Shown piece after piece: positions 1-10,852 of a DNA stretch of 64,000 nt; the stretch's first letter is position 1; every line of letters starts with the position of its first letter. The notes beneath the pieces were generated by a model. It ran no database searches and was not told where the DNA came from. It saw only the letters and a program-made list of their open reading frames with translations. Made by a program: the position numbers and the translations under genes. The stretch comes from Candidatus Poribacteria bacterium. GTDB lineage: Bacteria > Poribacteria > WGA-4E > WGA-3G. Location: positions 1,984,001-2,048,000 of the forward strand of contig CAXXLX010000001.1 in the NCBI GenBank assembly GCA_963665235.2, written 5' to 3'.

Positions 1-2
1 AG

Positions 3-368
3 TTTATGAAATGCCTCGTCTCAACATATCCGCTGCTGACAGAGACGCAGTTGACACAGAAACAGATAATCCAATTTTTAAAAACTGCTGCCACAGAATG
101 GTGGGGGGGACTACTGTTTTCAGCGGCGTTGCACCCCATGGACGCTGCTGCACTTAGAGCTGTTGCGGACACCTACTATAGGCACGTGCTGCCCATCCTT
201 AAACAGGGGCAGCTTATCACAGGCAAAGAGCTGATTCAGAGGTTCGCACTCAAGGAGGGGAAACAAATTGGGACGCTGTTGAAACAGATTGAGGAACGTC
301 AATTTAATGGTGAAATTCGGACACGCGCGGAAGCACTCGCCACTGCCGAGGCACTAATACGCCAATAA
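3..368 (+). CDS. C-terminal part of CCA-adding enzyme / poly(A) polymerase family protein (runs off window start)
   Basis: Frame open from the window edge; C-terminal LITGKELIQRFALKEGKQIGTLLKQIEERQFNGEI motif typical of tRNA nucleotidyltransferase tails. Confidence 0.65.
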   Translation, partial: FMKCLVSTYPLLTETQLTQKQIIQFLKTAATEWWGGLLFSAALHPMDAAALRAVADTYYRHVLPILKQGQLITGKELIQRFALKEGKQIGTLLKQIEERQFNGEIRTRAEALATAEALIRQ

Positions 369-459
369 TTCCAACTCACATATCCGATAAATTAGCAATT
401 AGCAATTGGCAAGAAATATAAGAAATAGACATTATATTCCCCGCCTAAAGACTGGGGTT

Positions 460-1125
460 TTACGTCCGTTTGCGTAAAAATCTCGGAATCAGCGAAACGA
501 AGAGAATTAACACACCCGCAATTGACAAGTAAAGAAGCGTCCGCCTCAGATTGCCCTCACCACTCACAAGGGCACCACCAATTTGCACATACGCGATAGT
601 ACCGGGCAACATAAATATCGCTGAAACAGGCAGATAGGTCAGAAACTTAATTTTGGTTAAACCGTACGCGTAGTTTTGTAGATTAAACGGAAAGATAGGG
701 ACAAGCCTTGTGAACATCAAGATGCGCCACCCCTGCTGTTCCACCTTTTCGTCAATTTTTTGGAACTGCTTGTTCCCTGCAACCCAGCTCTCAACAAGTT
801 CACGCGCAACATACCGGGCGACCAGAAAGGCAAGCGAAACCCCAATAATCGCACCAATCGCAGCATAAACAACACCCAACACCGGACCGAAAGCAAGACC
901 TGAAAGCACTGTGATAGGAAGACCCGGCAGAAAGAACAGGGTCGCAACAATGTAAAAACAGATATAGACTAACGGCGCGATGACCCCGAAATCTGAAACC
1001 CATTCTTTGATTTTATAGACATTCTTAAGGTCAACGTAACGCGTTAACCCGTAAGCTCTCAAGACGAAATAGACTGTAGCAATTAAAACCACAGCGATGG
1101 TAAGTTTAATCGCCTTGCTTCGCAT
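460..1125 (-). CDS. TVP38/TMEM64 (DedA/VTT domain) membrane protein
   Basis: Motifs LPGLPITVLSGLAFG and RLVPIFPFNLQNYAYGLT; start placed at ATG 1125 (MRSKAIK), overlapping the end of the upstream gene. Confidence 0.85.
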   Translation of the reverse strand: MRSKAIKLTIAVVLIATVYFVLRAYGLTRYVDLKNVYKIKEWVSDFGVIAPLVYICFYIVATLFFLPGLPITVLSGLAFGPVLGVVYAAIGAIIGVSLAFLVARYVARELVESWVAGNKQFQKIDEKVEQQGWRILMFTRLVPIFPFNLQNYAYGLTKIKFLTYLPVSAIFMLPGTIAYVQIGGALVSGEGNLRRTLLYLSIAGVLILFVSLIPRFLRKRT

Positions 1126-2575
1126 CAATTGTAGCAATTGCCTCCAAATAGGTTTTAATCTGTGCCTGATATCGCTTCGGAATTCGCTTATTCTCGACAG
1201 CTCGCGCGTATTCACGCCGCGCAGCGAGCGCGACTTCGCTAAATGGCAAATAATCGGACGCAGCGGTTGTATCCATCGTATCCCCTGCGGAACTCCGCGT
1301 GACGCGTTCAGAATCGGATGTCACTGCCGGTGTCACCGTCAACACCTCGCCATCAGGTGATGACGCGAGGGGTGTTTCATCGCCAATAAGCGGTTTTGAC
1401 GTGTCAGCTCCATCAGGTGCAGTTGTAGAATCACTATTAGTAGGTGAAAAATCTGTCCCCTCACCTGTCGCGAGCGTTCCTTGCGTCTCTCTATTCCCCA
1501 ATTCCTGACCAGGGGCACCGTCGCTAGTAGCAATGTTATCGCCTACTTGCGCAGTTTCAATACTTGCTAAGGCAATACCCTTCCGGCTCTCTGTGAGTTG
1601 TGCTTCAAGTTGTTGCAGCTGTTTCACCTCGCGGAGTGCAGCGACGATATCCCGCAATACGTCAGGAGAGACCGCCTTCCCCTGAATTTCCGCTAACGAA
1701 CGACTGAGTGCACCTTCTGGAACATCCGCTGCTAACTTTGCTGCGAGTTCTGCTAATGCTTCGCGTAGTTCAGGTGGAATCTCTGCTTGTTCTGCTAGAG
1801 CTTCAAGTTCATCAGCAAGCGCGTCAGTCCCCATACCTTTGAAATGCTGCGTCGCTTGCGTCGCCTCCATAATAGCCGTTTCATCGGGAAGCTTCGATTT
1901 TTGTTCCCGCACCTCACGGGTTAGGGCACGCAAACGTGCTTGGGCATCGGCTGCATCTGCAGCGTTTTTCAACGCGTTAATCGTCTCGTCGCGTTTTTCT
2001 CGGATAATTGACGTATCAATCCTTTCAAGATTTTCAACTGCTAGGTCAATCGCGCGTTGTTCACGGTCGGTTAGCGGTTGCGGCAATTCATAAAGGCGGG
2101 GCACAGCGAACGAAATCGCTATCAGCAAAAGCGGAATCGGCATCCATTTCAACAAAGGTGGGAGGGTATACGGAACGACCTTTGATCTTTCCACGGTTGC
2201 CAAAGTGTTAGCAGTGTCACGAATCTGCAACTGTGTGAAGTCATCCTGTCTGTTTTTTTCTATCAGTTCTAAGGCTGTGCTGACGCGCTCCTTAAGTGCC
2301 AGGTCATCTTCAACAAAGCGGGCGGTATCAAACAACGTCTGCCAATGCCTGAAGCTGAAGCAGATGCCAACAATGACCGCACCGACAATCACTAACGGCA
2401 TAACAACAGTCATCGGAATCGGGAAACGAATTAGGCGAATCCCGATAAAAAGCACGGCAAGAACACAGGCACCACAAAAAATGGCGCGTGTCACCATCTG
2501 AATGAGCGCGCATCGGTACGCTCGATTTCGGAGAGCCGTTAAGCAGTTAAGAATAGTGCGTTCGGGATGTTCCAT
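1106..2575 (-). CDS. Hypothetical membrane protein with long helical/acidic C-terminal region
   Basis: 489-aa ORF; N-terminal TM helices, LKERVSTALEL motif, C-terminal IPKRYQAQIKTYL ending of the kind seen in MoxR/VWA-cluster accessory proteins. Confidence 0.65.
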   Translation of the reverse strand: MEHPERTILNCLTALRNRAYRCALIQMVTRAIFCGACVLAVLFIGIRLIRFPIPMTVVMPLVIVGAVIVGICFSFRHWQTLFDTARFVEDDLALKERVSTALELIEKNRQDDFTQLQIRDTANTLATVERSKVVPYTLPPLLKWMPIPLLLIAISFAVPRLYELPQPLTDREQRAIDLAVENLERIDTSIIREKRDETINALKNAADAADAQARLRALTREVREQKSKLPDETAIMEATQATQHFKGMGTDALADELEALAEQAEIPPELREALAELAAKLAADVPEGALSRSLAEIQGKAVSPDVLRDIVAALREVKQLQQLEAQLTESRKGIALASIETAQVGDNIATSDGAPGQELGNRETQGTLATGEGTDFSPTNSDSTTAPDGADTSKPLIGDETPLASSPDGEVLTVTPAVTSDSERVTRSSAGDTMDTTAASDYLPFSEVALAARREYARAVENKRIPKRYQAQIKTYLEAIATIDAKQGD

Positions 2576-2654
2576 CTCAGTTCCTCTTCTATTTCATCAA
2601 TTGTGAATTCCTATCGTTCATGATATAATACCAAAAAACGGACAGGTTGTCAAA

Positions 2655-3389
2655 GTGAATTTACATATCCAGGCTTTAAAAGAGAAATATTTAAACGGGT
2701 GGGAACGTCAAGCGACGGTAATTTTACTCGCCGCCGCACTGTTGTTGACACTTCATCGGAATTATGCCCGTCCACGTTTTTTTCGACTCCATCTCGCCCA
2801 ATATTTTCAAAACCTCCCGCTTGCAGAGAGCCATCCATATTTCTATTGGTTTTTGACGACCGGGCTCACGTTGTTTCTGATACCGTGCATAGTTGCCAAA
2901 TTTGGAACAGGAAAACGGTTGAAAACCTACGGCATCCAACTCGGAAATAGGAAACTCGGATGGGGCATAGCAGGGGCGGCATGGATTCTGATGATTCCGG
3001 TCGTTATCCTATCAGTCAACGTGTATCCCTCTTTTCTAGCAAAGTACCCACTATCCAAGGCGGTCCCAGAGAGCTGGCAGGTGTTCCTACTCTATCAGCT
3101 CGCCTATGGCGTTTATATGTTTTCGTGGGAATTTTTCTTCCGGGGGTTTATGCTCTTCGGTCTAGAGCCGAAATTCGGAAACTACAGCATCTTAATTCAG
3201 ACGATTCCGTTCGCTGTGATGCACTTTTCCAAACCCTTGCCGGAGGCACTCGGTTCAATCCTTGCCGGGGTATTGCTCGGCGTGCTTGCGTTAGAAACCC
3301 GTTCATTTATCTACGGTGCAGCAATTCACTGGTTCGTGGCAATGACGATGGATATAGTGGCAGTAGTTTACCCACGCCTTTGGGGGTGA
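2655..3389 (+). CDS. CPBP family intramembrane metalloprotease (CAAX/Abi-like)
   Basis: WEFFFRGFML, FAVMH and AAIHW motifs; multiple TM segments. Confidence 0.85.
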   Translation: MNLHIQALKEKYLNGWERQATVILLAAALLLTLHRNYARPRFFRLHLAQYFQNLPLAESHPYFYWFLTTGLTLFLIPCIVAKFGTGKRLKTYGIQLGNRKLGWGIAGAAWILMIPVVILSVNVYPSFLAKYPLSKAVPESWQVFLLYQLAYGVYMFSWEFFFRGFMLFGLEPKFGNYSILIQTIPFAVMHFSKPLPEALGSILAGVLLGVLALETRSFIYGAAIHWFVAMTMDIVAVVYPRLWG

Positions 3390-3554
3390 CCTTTCGTTAC
3401 CGATCCCCTACCTTCCACAAATCGCTGCCCGGTCATCAGTTCGTTAAGCATGGCCTGGAAGAGTTCATCTCTGATTCAACTTATGCGGTACCAACCTCTT
3501 ACGAATGAGGCAAATTGGGCGGAGTCGGGTGATGTCATTAACTTGAGTTCGTTG

Positions 3555-3911
3555 TTAAAGTGGGATGTAAGTAATTTGGTCAATATATTCGTCTTCGCCA
3601 GATGCCCCAGCGATGAGAATCAACTCGTCAATAATTTTTCCCATTGGCACTTCGAGATTAATCGTGAAAATGCCGGGAACATGGTGCCCTGCTGATAGAT
3701 GGTCATCGAGATGTTGAGGCATACTTTCCCGATTGTTTGTTATCAAGCTGAATTGGTTCTGTTCACACCACACTAAGATTTCTGGGTCCAGAGTGCTTCT
3801 CGCTGGTGCCCCTTCATCGCCAACCGCCAAGACCGTTAGTGATGGTTCATGGTTGAGCAATTGCGTACGGTATTCCGGAGAAATATTTTCGTCTATCAAA
3901 TACCGACGCAT
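3555..3911 (-). CDS. DUF5615 family PIN-like toxin
   Basis: YLIDENIS...LDPEILVWC...LITNNRESMPQHL...HVPGIF signature; directly downstream of a DUF433 domain. Confidence 0.85.
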   Translation of the reverse strand: MRRYLIDENISPEYRTQLLNHEPSLTVLAVGDEGAPARSTLDPEILVWCEQNQFSLITNNRESMPQHLDDHLSAGHHVPGIFTINLEVPMGKIIDELILIAGASGEDEYIDQITYIPL

Positions 3912-3919
3912 TTTTATCC

Positions 3920-6900
3920 CTATTCGCTTTTGGTTGGAGATTGTGTTGTGCTAGTTGAGTCGGCATTTGAGTTGTTCGGGTGTGAATTATCAGCTACTGC
4001 TTCCCCTTCCGCTATAAGTTCACGCAAGTGAACAGCCCCGGGCGGTGGATTTTTCTTGTATTCCTCCCGTGCCGTTTGGCAAAATTTTAGATAATCATCT
4101 AAATATGCACCAACTTTTTCCTGATTTTGAAGATAATATAGAAGCGTAGCGTAAACCTGTTCCACTGTGAGTGAATAATAGTAGTGCTCGGCGATTACTT
4201 CTGGCGTTTTGCCATTGTAGATATATTCGTATAGGATAGTTTCAATACCTACCCGCGTTCCCTTGACACGAATATCATTTTCTGCCAAAAACGTAAAGTT
4301 ATCTTCAAGAGGATAGATTTGTTTGAATTCATTGATTCGTCTGAGGATACTGTTTTCGACAGGCAAAAATAGGGTATGCCTAGTTTGAATTAGATTTTCA
4401 AGTTGGCCCAATACCGTGTGGGCATTCCGTCTGTCCGTAAGTCCGGCTAATAAACCTAATGTCAAGAACTCTTTTTGTCTGAAAGAAATTGATTCCTCCC
4501 AAAATTTAAAAAGAAAATCAACCGCTACGGCTAATGCCGAATTTAAATTCATTCGTTCTTCACCTAAGGCAAGCACAAAACTGTTGTATGGCTCAGAGAG
4601 CTTCCAATTTGAACGTTTAGCTACTTCCACTAACAAATCTGCATCAAATTGCGTGCGATAGTAGCGAGAACAAACAAGTTTTATCGTTATCTCATCATAA
4701 TCAGCTTTATCAAGGAGATTTTGCTTAACGCAGTGTTCCAGTAAAACTTGTGTCCACACCCCGTCAATTTTAAAGTTTGTGCCAGCATCACTATTGAGAC
4801 CTATTTTCGCATAATCTCTGAGTCGTCCATCATCCGATAAAAGTAGGTGCCCGGGTTGGCTTGCAAGCAGAACCGTATCAAGGAAATGCTGTTGTAGCAT
4901 GTCATTGAGTTCCCGCCTGCGTAATTGGTTCATCTCTGACCCAACAGTGGCTTGACCAACTTCACAGTTCTCCCTAATCCAGTGAACGATGTTTTTTAGA
5001 AATGCTATTCCCTGCTTCGTTTCCTCAGGGTTGATAATTTGTTTTACGTACCGATTTCCTTTTTTACCAACTGTCGTTCCCTCGCGATTGGACCACATTG
5101 CCTCTCTCTCACTGATAGTACGCTGTAGTTCATCAATAGTCGCTTGGGCAACACATAGTTTTCCGAATGCGCTGACCACAATATCCGCTGCATCTAAACA
5201 GTGTAGAGTGAGTAGGGAAATAATATCTACAACAAGTTTAGGTTTAGAATGGTTAAGTAGGTTAAGGACGCTGCTTCTTTCCTCAATATCGCCAATACTA
5301 CACCTAATCCCTAATTCAGGGTTACCCATGAGGGAACCCCATGTATCTAAACTATTACTACCGACTAAACCTGTAAAACAACCGATTGTTATGTTCTCTT
5401 CCTTGTATAGTTTTTCAATTTGGAGTATGTGTTCGTGATGCCGATTAATCCTGTTAGTGATTGGTTTAAATCTCTCTTTATCATCGATTGCGTCAGAATC
5501 TTCTATTTTAACCATTTCCATACGTGCATCCGTTGGAAACAGATGTTCGTATTTACGAGAACTCTCTTGATAGGCATAAGAGAATTTGCTCTTGATATCA
5601 ATGATTTGGACAGTCTTTTCCTCAATCTTTATCACGGCATTTTTCTCTTTTCCGAGCAATTGTTGAGCAAAAGGATGATTCACATCACGTTCGTTGTGTG
5701 CGATATCTGCGTCATCACGTTCTTCAATGATATACCAATAGTCTTCGTCAGAAATGTTGACTTGGACTGCTGTATCCTTTTGAACTTGAGTAGGACTTAG
5801 CACCTCAGAAACCTCCTTTTCAACTGAAAAGAAGGTGCCGATATATCTAAGGTGGGCATCGGGTTTATCAAAATTCGTTCTTCGCACTTCATACATTATC
5901 TCCAATGCTTTTTCCGGTTGAAATCTCATTTGATGTAATTGGGCGAATTGAACGCATGCTTCCAGAGAAAGATTCTCGAGGAAAGAATAATTCTTGGAAT
6001 CAGGAAATTTTTTTAACACATTATCAATTTCTTCCGCTTTATTAGCTCGAAAAAGAATCATTCCGAGACGGATTCGCATATCATTGTCATTAGGAAATTT
6101 TTTCAAATAGTCCTTGCATACCGCCTCGGCTTTGTTCATATCGCCGATTTCCTCATAAATCACGACCTCCATCACGGAAACGTTTTCAAGTGGACCATAT
6201 TTCTCGCGAAGTTTCTGACAGAGCTCGAGTGCTTTCGCAATTTCGCCAGAATTGTAGTAACTTTGCACTAACAGTCGTGTCAACCGGGAGTTCTGACCTG
6301 TGTCAGCGAGTTTTTCGTAAAGCGTTGCCGCCTCTTTAAATAACTCATGGATGTAGAGCTGGTCAGCTAACATTATAATATCGAGAAATTCTGCACCATC
6401 CTGAACATAGCTGTATGCCTCTTTGAGTAGAGAAACCGCTTCATCGCGTTTTTCATTCGCGCTAAAAATGCAAGCAGCGTCAACAAGATTCGGTATGCTC
6501 CTGGCGGTTAACTTGCGCATCGCTATTGAAATTTGCAGGGCATCATCAAAACGTTTATCAGCAATATAAACTTTAATGAGCAAACGCCTTGCTTCTTCTT
6601 GAAGTTCTGGAGATAAATCTGTCTGCAAAAAATCGTTAAGTTTTGTAATAGACTCATCTAATCGTTCACTCAGTAAGAGGAAATTAGCAAGTATAATTGG
6701 TGCTTCGGGTACTTCCGGGGCGGATTGGATTTTTTCCAAGAGTTCAACAGATTTCTGTGTATTTCCGCATTCAAAAGCTAATAACGCACGATTTTTTATC
6801 AAAATTGGATTTGATTTTTCAATTCCTAAGGCAGTATCAAGGTCTTCCGTTGCTTTTGTCAACTCGCCAAGGTGAAAATGTGCAATTCCTCTGTTAATAA

Positions 6901-8320
6901 GCCAACCTGCTCTATAATTCTTTAATTCTGTATTGGAAACCGTATTCCACGCCTCGGTAAGAAATTCTATTGCCTGTCGTAGTTGTTCCTTTTGTGAATC
7001 ATGAAGTTGACTGGTCCCCACTGCAAGATTGTCTTCTAGTGTTTGCTCAATCAAGATAGTTGCGAAAGCAGCCTTAAAATTAGGAGTATTTCCCTTTTTC
7101 TGCGACACCATGATTTCGCCCCATCTTTTCGCTGCTTCAAAATTCCCGCGTTGCCATGCTAAATCGCTGATGGCGGAAGCAATTTGTGGAGAATCGTGCA
7201 AATCGTCAGGAACTTTAGCAATTACTTCATCGAGTGACTCTTCCTTAGCAGAAATTCCAATAAGAATAACGTAGGCATCCGTATTTGAAGGATTCTTTTC
7301 CAGTGTCTGTTTTACGTAGTCTGCGGCGTACTCTGTTTCTCCCAATAGGAGGTGAGCCAAGGCACGATTAGATAGTGCCCTTTCGTCTTCAGGTTTATAT
7401 TGAAATGCCGTAATCAATAATTTTGCCGCTTTCTTCTCATCGTTTAAGGCAAGCCACGCCGCTGCAATATTGGTTAGAATCCTAAACCTTAGCTCATCCG
7501 AAGCATCTGCCCAAATACGTTCATTTAGAATTTCTAATAACTCAAGAGCAGTCGCAGGTTTATTATTCTCAAGCAATTTTCGGGCGTTGTCTATTTCTGT
7601 GTGATGTTCTTTTCCAACTTCAGTTGCTATTAAATCAGACATATTTACATTGAGTTGAGATTTAATGTCACAAACTGCATCATAAGTTGCCCCCGTTGTT
7701 TGCTTAAGCTCTCTATTATCATCCTTAATTTTTTCGGTGTTATCTTTGATGGCTTGGATGTCCGCGGAAAGACGTTGTGTCACTTCATTTCGCACGTAGT
7801 CAATTTTACGTGACAATTCATTTAGTATCGTGCCGGCATCATCTTGATTCTTTATGTTATTTTGAATATATTCAAAGACAATTTGATTGAATGCTTCCTG
7901 TTTAAACGGCAGTTGTGCATAAAAATCAATAATCACCCTTTCAATGATGGGACGAATTCTTCGTTCAAAATCTTTATCAGTTAATTGATGCTTTGGAACG
8001 ATGATACAATCACGAAAGAGCGTTGTGATTTTTGCGATTTTTCCACTTTCATTTAAGTCTGTGAATTGAACTTCATCAACATCTTTAAGTGAAGCAATAA
8101 CGTTGTCAAACGTAGGATGATGCACTTCAACTGTTTTTGGATCGGTAAGATCGGCAAAGTCAGACGCGCATTGCTTAACGACCTTATCAAAAGACTTTTT
8201 GAAAAGGTCTTCTGCTGTAGTTTTGTAATATTTTTTAATGGCGGGGCCAATACCACCGGCAATAGAAAATCCAGTGCCTACAATGTTATATACTATGAAG
8301 GCTAAATCGAGTATTGTCAT
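3920..8320 (-). CDS. Large TPR + GreA/B-C-terminal-like + PIN protein with C-terminal fused DUF433
   Basis: Many TPR-like helical repeats; HPFAQQLLGKEKNAVI (GreA/B-C-like, ~5580-5780); LVVDIISLLTL...TIDEL...DTVLLA...LLSDDGRLR (PIN, ~4800-5250); DIRVKGTRVGIETIL...TPEVIAEHY..LTVEQVYATLLYY (DUF433, ~4000-4310). Confidence 0.8.
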   Translation of the reverse strand: MTILDLAFIVYNIVGTGFSIAGGIGPAIKKYYKTTAEDLFKKSFDKVVKQCASDFADLTDPKTVEVHHPTFDNVIASLKDVDEVQFTDLNESGKIAKITTLFRDCIIVPKHQLTDKDFERRIRPIIERVIIDFYAQLPFKQEAFNQIVFEYIQNNIKNQDDAGTILNELSRKIDYVRNEVTQRLSADIQAIKDNTEKIKDDNRELKQTTGATYDAVCDIKSQLNVNMSDLIATEVGKEHHTEIDNARKLLENNKPATALELLEILNERIWADASDELRFRILTNIAAAWLALNDEKKAAKLLITAFQYKPEDERALSNRALAHLLLGETEYAADYVKQTLEKNPSNTDAYVILIGISAKEESLDEVIAKVPDDLHDSPQIASAISDLAWQRGNFEAAKRWGEIMVSQKKGNTPNFKAAFATILIEQTLEDNLAVGTSQLHDSQKEQLRQAIEFLTEAWNTVSNTELKNYRAGWLINRGIAHFHLGELTKATEDLDTALGIEKSNPILIKNRALLAFECGNTQKSVELLEKIQSAPEVPEAPIILANFLLLSERLDESITKLNDFLQTDLSPELQEEARRLLIKVYIADKRFDDALQISIAMRKLTARSIPNLVDAACIFSANEKRDEAVSLLKEAYSYVQDGAEFLDIIMLADQLYIHELFKEAATLYEKLADTGQNSRLTRLLVQSYYNSGEIAKALELCQKLREKYGPLENVSVMEVVIYEEIGDMNKAEAVCKDYLKKFPNDNDMRIRLGMILFRANKAEEIDNVLKKFPDSKNYSFLENLSLEACVQFAQLHQMRFQPEKALEIMYEVRRTNFDKPDAHLRYIGTFFSVEKEVSEVLSPTQVQKDTAVQVNISDEDYWYIIEERDDADIAHNERDVNHPFAQQLLGKEKNAVIKIEEKTVQIIDIKSKFSYAYQESSRKYEHLFPTDARMEMVKIEDSDAIDDKERFKPITNRINRHHEHILQIEKLYKEENITIGCFTGLVGSNSLDTWGSLMGNPELGIRCSIGDIEERSSVLNLLNHSKPKLVVDIISLLTLHCLDAADIVVSAFGKLCVAQATIDELQRTISEREAMWSNREGTTVGKKGNRYVKQIINPEETKQGIAFLKNIVHWIRENCEVGQATVGSEMNQLRRRELNDMLQQHFLDTVLLASQPGHLLLSDDGRLRDYAKIGLNSDAGTNFKIDGVWTQVLLEHCVKQNLLDKADYDEITIKLVCSRYYRTQFDADLLVEVAKRSNWKLSEPYNSFVLALGEERMNLNSALAVAVDFLFKFWEESISFRQKEFLTLGLLAGLTDRRNAHTVLGQLENLIQTRHTLFLPVENSILRRINEFKQIYPLEDNFTFLAENDIRVKGTRVGIETILYEYIYNGKTPEVIAEHYYYSLTVEQVYATLLYYLQNQEKVGAYLDDYLKFCQTAREEYKKNPPPGAVHLRELIAEGEAVADNSHPNNSNADSTSTTQSPTKSE

Positions 8321-8426
8321 GGATTTTCATCTCCTATCAGAGGGTTGTTTGATACAAGTCAATATTCAACCAATAGTCTTTTTGAGACTTACCCAATTTT
8401 CTTATCGGCACCTGTGTGCCCACGCC

Positions 8427-8452
8427 GCTGTCAAGGTTCAAACCTTGACAGC
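8427..8452. repeat. Palindromic hairpin GCTGTCAAGGT-TCAA-ACCTTGACAGC
   Basis: 11-bp perfect inverted repeat read directly. Confidence 0.6.
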
Positions 8453-8799
8453 AAAGAAAACTGCGTCCGTCCTACTTTAAATGTGTTGATTTTTTTAGTT
8501 TACATATTAACGTGAGCTTGAGAATAAATATCCGTTTGCTGTAGACACTTTTCATGGCAAAAAAAACGATGTGATTGTAGCACAAACTTTCTAGTTTGTG
8601 TCTTCCGTTTTTGCTAAAAATATCAGGGGACACCGCGGGTGAAACTTTATTAAGTATACCTGAATTTTCGAGGAATATCAAATTTTTTTATAAGAAGCTG
8701 TCTTTTCAATCTTCCATCCTTTCTTCCACCCTTCCATACTTCCATCCTCTTGCCAAAAACTTTACACACCCCCCGAACGAACACCTCCACAAAAATGAC

Positions 8800-8828
8800 T
8801 TGACAGATTTGCAGTTTTCCTATAGAAT
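8800..8828 (+). promoter_or_regulatory. sigma70-type promoter of acs
   Basis: TTGACA-17 bp-TAGAAT; AGGAG RBS before ATG 8909. Confidence 0.6.
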
Positions 8829-8908
8829 GATAATAGGTAAAAAAGAACGCGGACACTGGACCGCCCTTAAAAGCAGAAATCAGCCTTTAATATAGGAGTA
8901 GAGAATAC

Positions 8909-10852
8909 ATGGCTAACAACGTTTTTCCACCGATGGAGACAGACTATCCCATCGAGAAAGCACACGTCAGCAGTCTGGAAGCATATCAAGCACAATATGC
9001 TGAATCAATTCAGGACCCAGAAACGTTCTGGGCAAACATTGCGGAACGGTTGACATGGTTCCAGAAATGGGATACGATTCGAGATTACGATTTTGTCAAC
9101 GGAGAAATTAAATGGTTCGAAGGCGGCACCCTGAATGCATGCTATAACTGCCTCGACCGACACGTGGAAGCTGGACACGGCGATGCAACCGCTATTATCT
9201 GGGAAGGAAATCATCCCGACGAAGATAAGACGTTCAGTTATAGCGAACTCCTCGCTGAAGTCAAAAAGTTTGCCAACGTCTTGAAAACAATAGGTATTGA
9301 GAAAGGCGACCGCGTCTGTATCTATCTACAGATGGTCCCGGAGTTAGCAGTTGCGATGTTAGCCTGCGCGAGGATTGGTGCCGTTCATTCAATCGTCTTT
9401 GGCGCGTTTTCAGCCGAATCCCTCCGAGACCGAATTAACGATTCTGCATGCAAACTGCTCATAACGCAGGACACCGCTGTCCGCGGTTCCCGCAGCGGCA
9501 TCGCTATGAAAGCCAACGCAGACGAAGCCGTTACAGCATGTCCCTCTATTGAAAAGGTCATCGTTGTCCAACGCACCGGCGACGCTGTCGATTTTGACGA
9601 CGCACGCGATATCTGGTGGCACGAAGTGATGGCGACCGCAGACACCGAATGTGAACCCGAAGTCATGAGTGCTGAAGACCCGCTTTTTATCCTATACACC
9701 TCCGGGTCAACAGGAAAACCGAAAGGCGTTTTGCATACCACCGGCGGTTATCTTGTCTACACCTCATACACGCATCAGCAAATCTTCGACTACCACGAAG
9801 ACGACATCTATTGGTGCACCGCGGATATCGGTTGGATTACAGGGCACTCTTACATTATATATGGCCCGCTCGCAAACCGGGCTATCACCGTTATGTTTGA
9901 AGGCGTACCCAACTATCCCGACTACGGACGCTTTTGGCAGGTTGTCGAAAAGCATCGCATTAATCTCTTTTACACCGCGCCTACCGCCCTGCGCGCATTG
10001 ATGAAAGAGGGGGATACCTGGGTAGAAAAATACAACCGCTCCACCCTCAGACTCCTCGGCACTGTCGGCGAACCGATTAAAGAACCGGAATGGCTCTGGT
10101 ATTACAACACAGTTGGCGAAAAACGGTGCCCGATTGTGGATACATGGTGGCAGACCGAAACAGGGGGAATTCTCATAACACCGTTGCCCGCGGCAACCCC
10201 ACTCAAACCCGGCTCCGCTACGTTCCCCTTCTTCGGAATTGAGCCGGTCATACTCGACGAGGCGGGCAACGAAGTAGAAGGCAACCCGGCTACCGGCTAC
10301 CTCTGCATCAAAACAGCGTGGCCCGGCATTATGCGTACTGTCTATGGCGACCACGAAAGGTTTCTTGATACCTATTTCCGACGGTTTCCGGGATATTACA
10401 TGACAGGCGATGGTGTACTACGTGACGAAGATGGCTACTATTGGATTACAGGCCGCGTGGACGATGTCCTCAACGTCTCCGGACACAGGCTCGGCACGGC
10501 TGAAGTTGAAGGAGCTATCGGGCAACATGCTGCTGTCGCTGAAGCCGCCGTCGTCGGATACCCGCACGATATCAAGGGACAGGGAATTTATGCGTACGTC
10601 ACCTTAATGACAGGCGAAACCGCATCCGATGAAGTAGAAACCGGCATCAAACAGGCAGTCCGCCAACAAATTGGTCCTATCGCTACACCTGACAAAATCC
10701 AGTTTACACCCGCTTTGCCGAAAACCCGTTCCGGTAAAATTATGCGCCGCATCCTCCGAAAAATCGCCGAAGGGGACATCTCTGACCTCGGAGATACCTC
10801 TACCCTCGCCGACCCAACGGTTGTCGACGCACTGGTCGAAGGCAGAAAGTGA
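8909..10852 (+). CDS. acs: Acetyl-CoA synthetase
   Basis: [21 protein letters not shown] and [11 protein letters not shown] motifs; 647 aa. Confidence 0.97.
   Translation: MANNVFPPMETDYPIEKAHVSSLEAYQAQYAESIQDPETFWANIAERLTWFQKWDTIRDYDFVNGEIKWFEGGTLNACYNCLDRHVEAGHGDATAIIWEGNHPDEDKTFSYSELLAEVKKFANVLKTIGIEKGDRVCIYLQMVPELAVAMLACARIGAVHSIVFGAFSAESLRDRINDSACKLLITQDTAVRGSRSGIAMKANADEAVTACPSIEKVIVVQRTGDAVDFDDARDIWWHEVMATADTECEPEVMSAEDPLFILYTSGSTGKPKGVLHTTGGYLVYTSYTHQQIFDYHEDDIYWCTADIGWITGHSYIIYGPLANRAITVMFEGVPNYPDYGRFWQVVEKHRINLFYTAPTALRALMKEGDTWVEKYNRSTLRLLGTVGEPIKEPEWLWYYNTVGEKRCPIVDTWWQTETGGILITPLPAATPLKPGSATFPFFGIEPVILDEAGNEVEGNPATGYLCIKTAWPGIMRTVYGDHERFLDTYFRRFPGYYMTGDGVLRDEDGYYWITGRVDDVLNVSGHRLGTAEVEGAIGQHAAVAEAAVVGYPHDIKGQGIYAYVTLMTGETASDEVETGIKQAVRQQIGPIATPDKIQFTPALPKTRSGKIMRRILRKIAEGDISDLGDTSTLADPTVVDALVEGRK

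Noticed and set aside
1126-1215. N-terminal extension of the TVP38 ORF
   Set aside because: Overlaps the upstream same-strand gene by 110 bp; ATG 1125 gives a normal-length protein.
8330-8420. Possible 3' remnant of a gene upstream of the TPR-PIN gene (KLGKSQKDYWLNIDLY)
   Set aside because: Too short to assign; the resemblance to Fic-family tails is weak.
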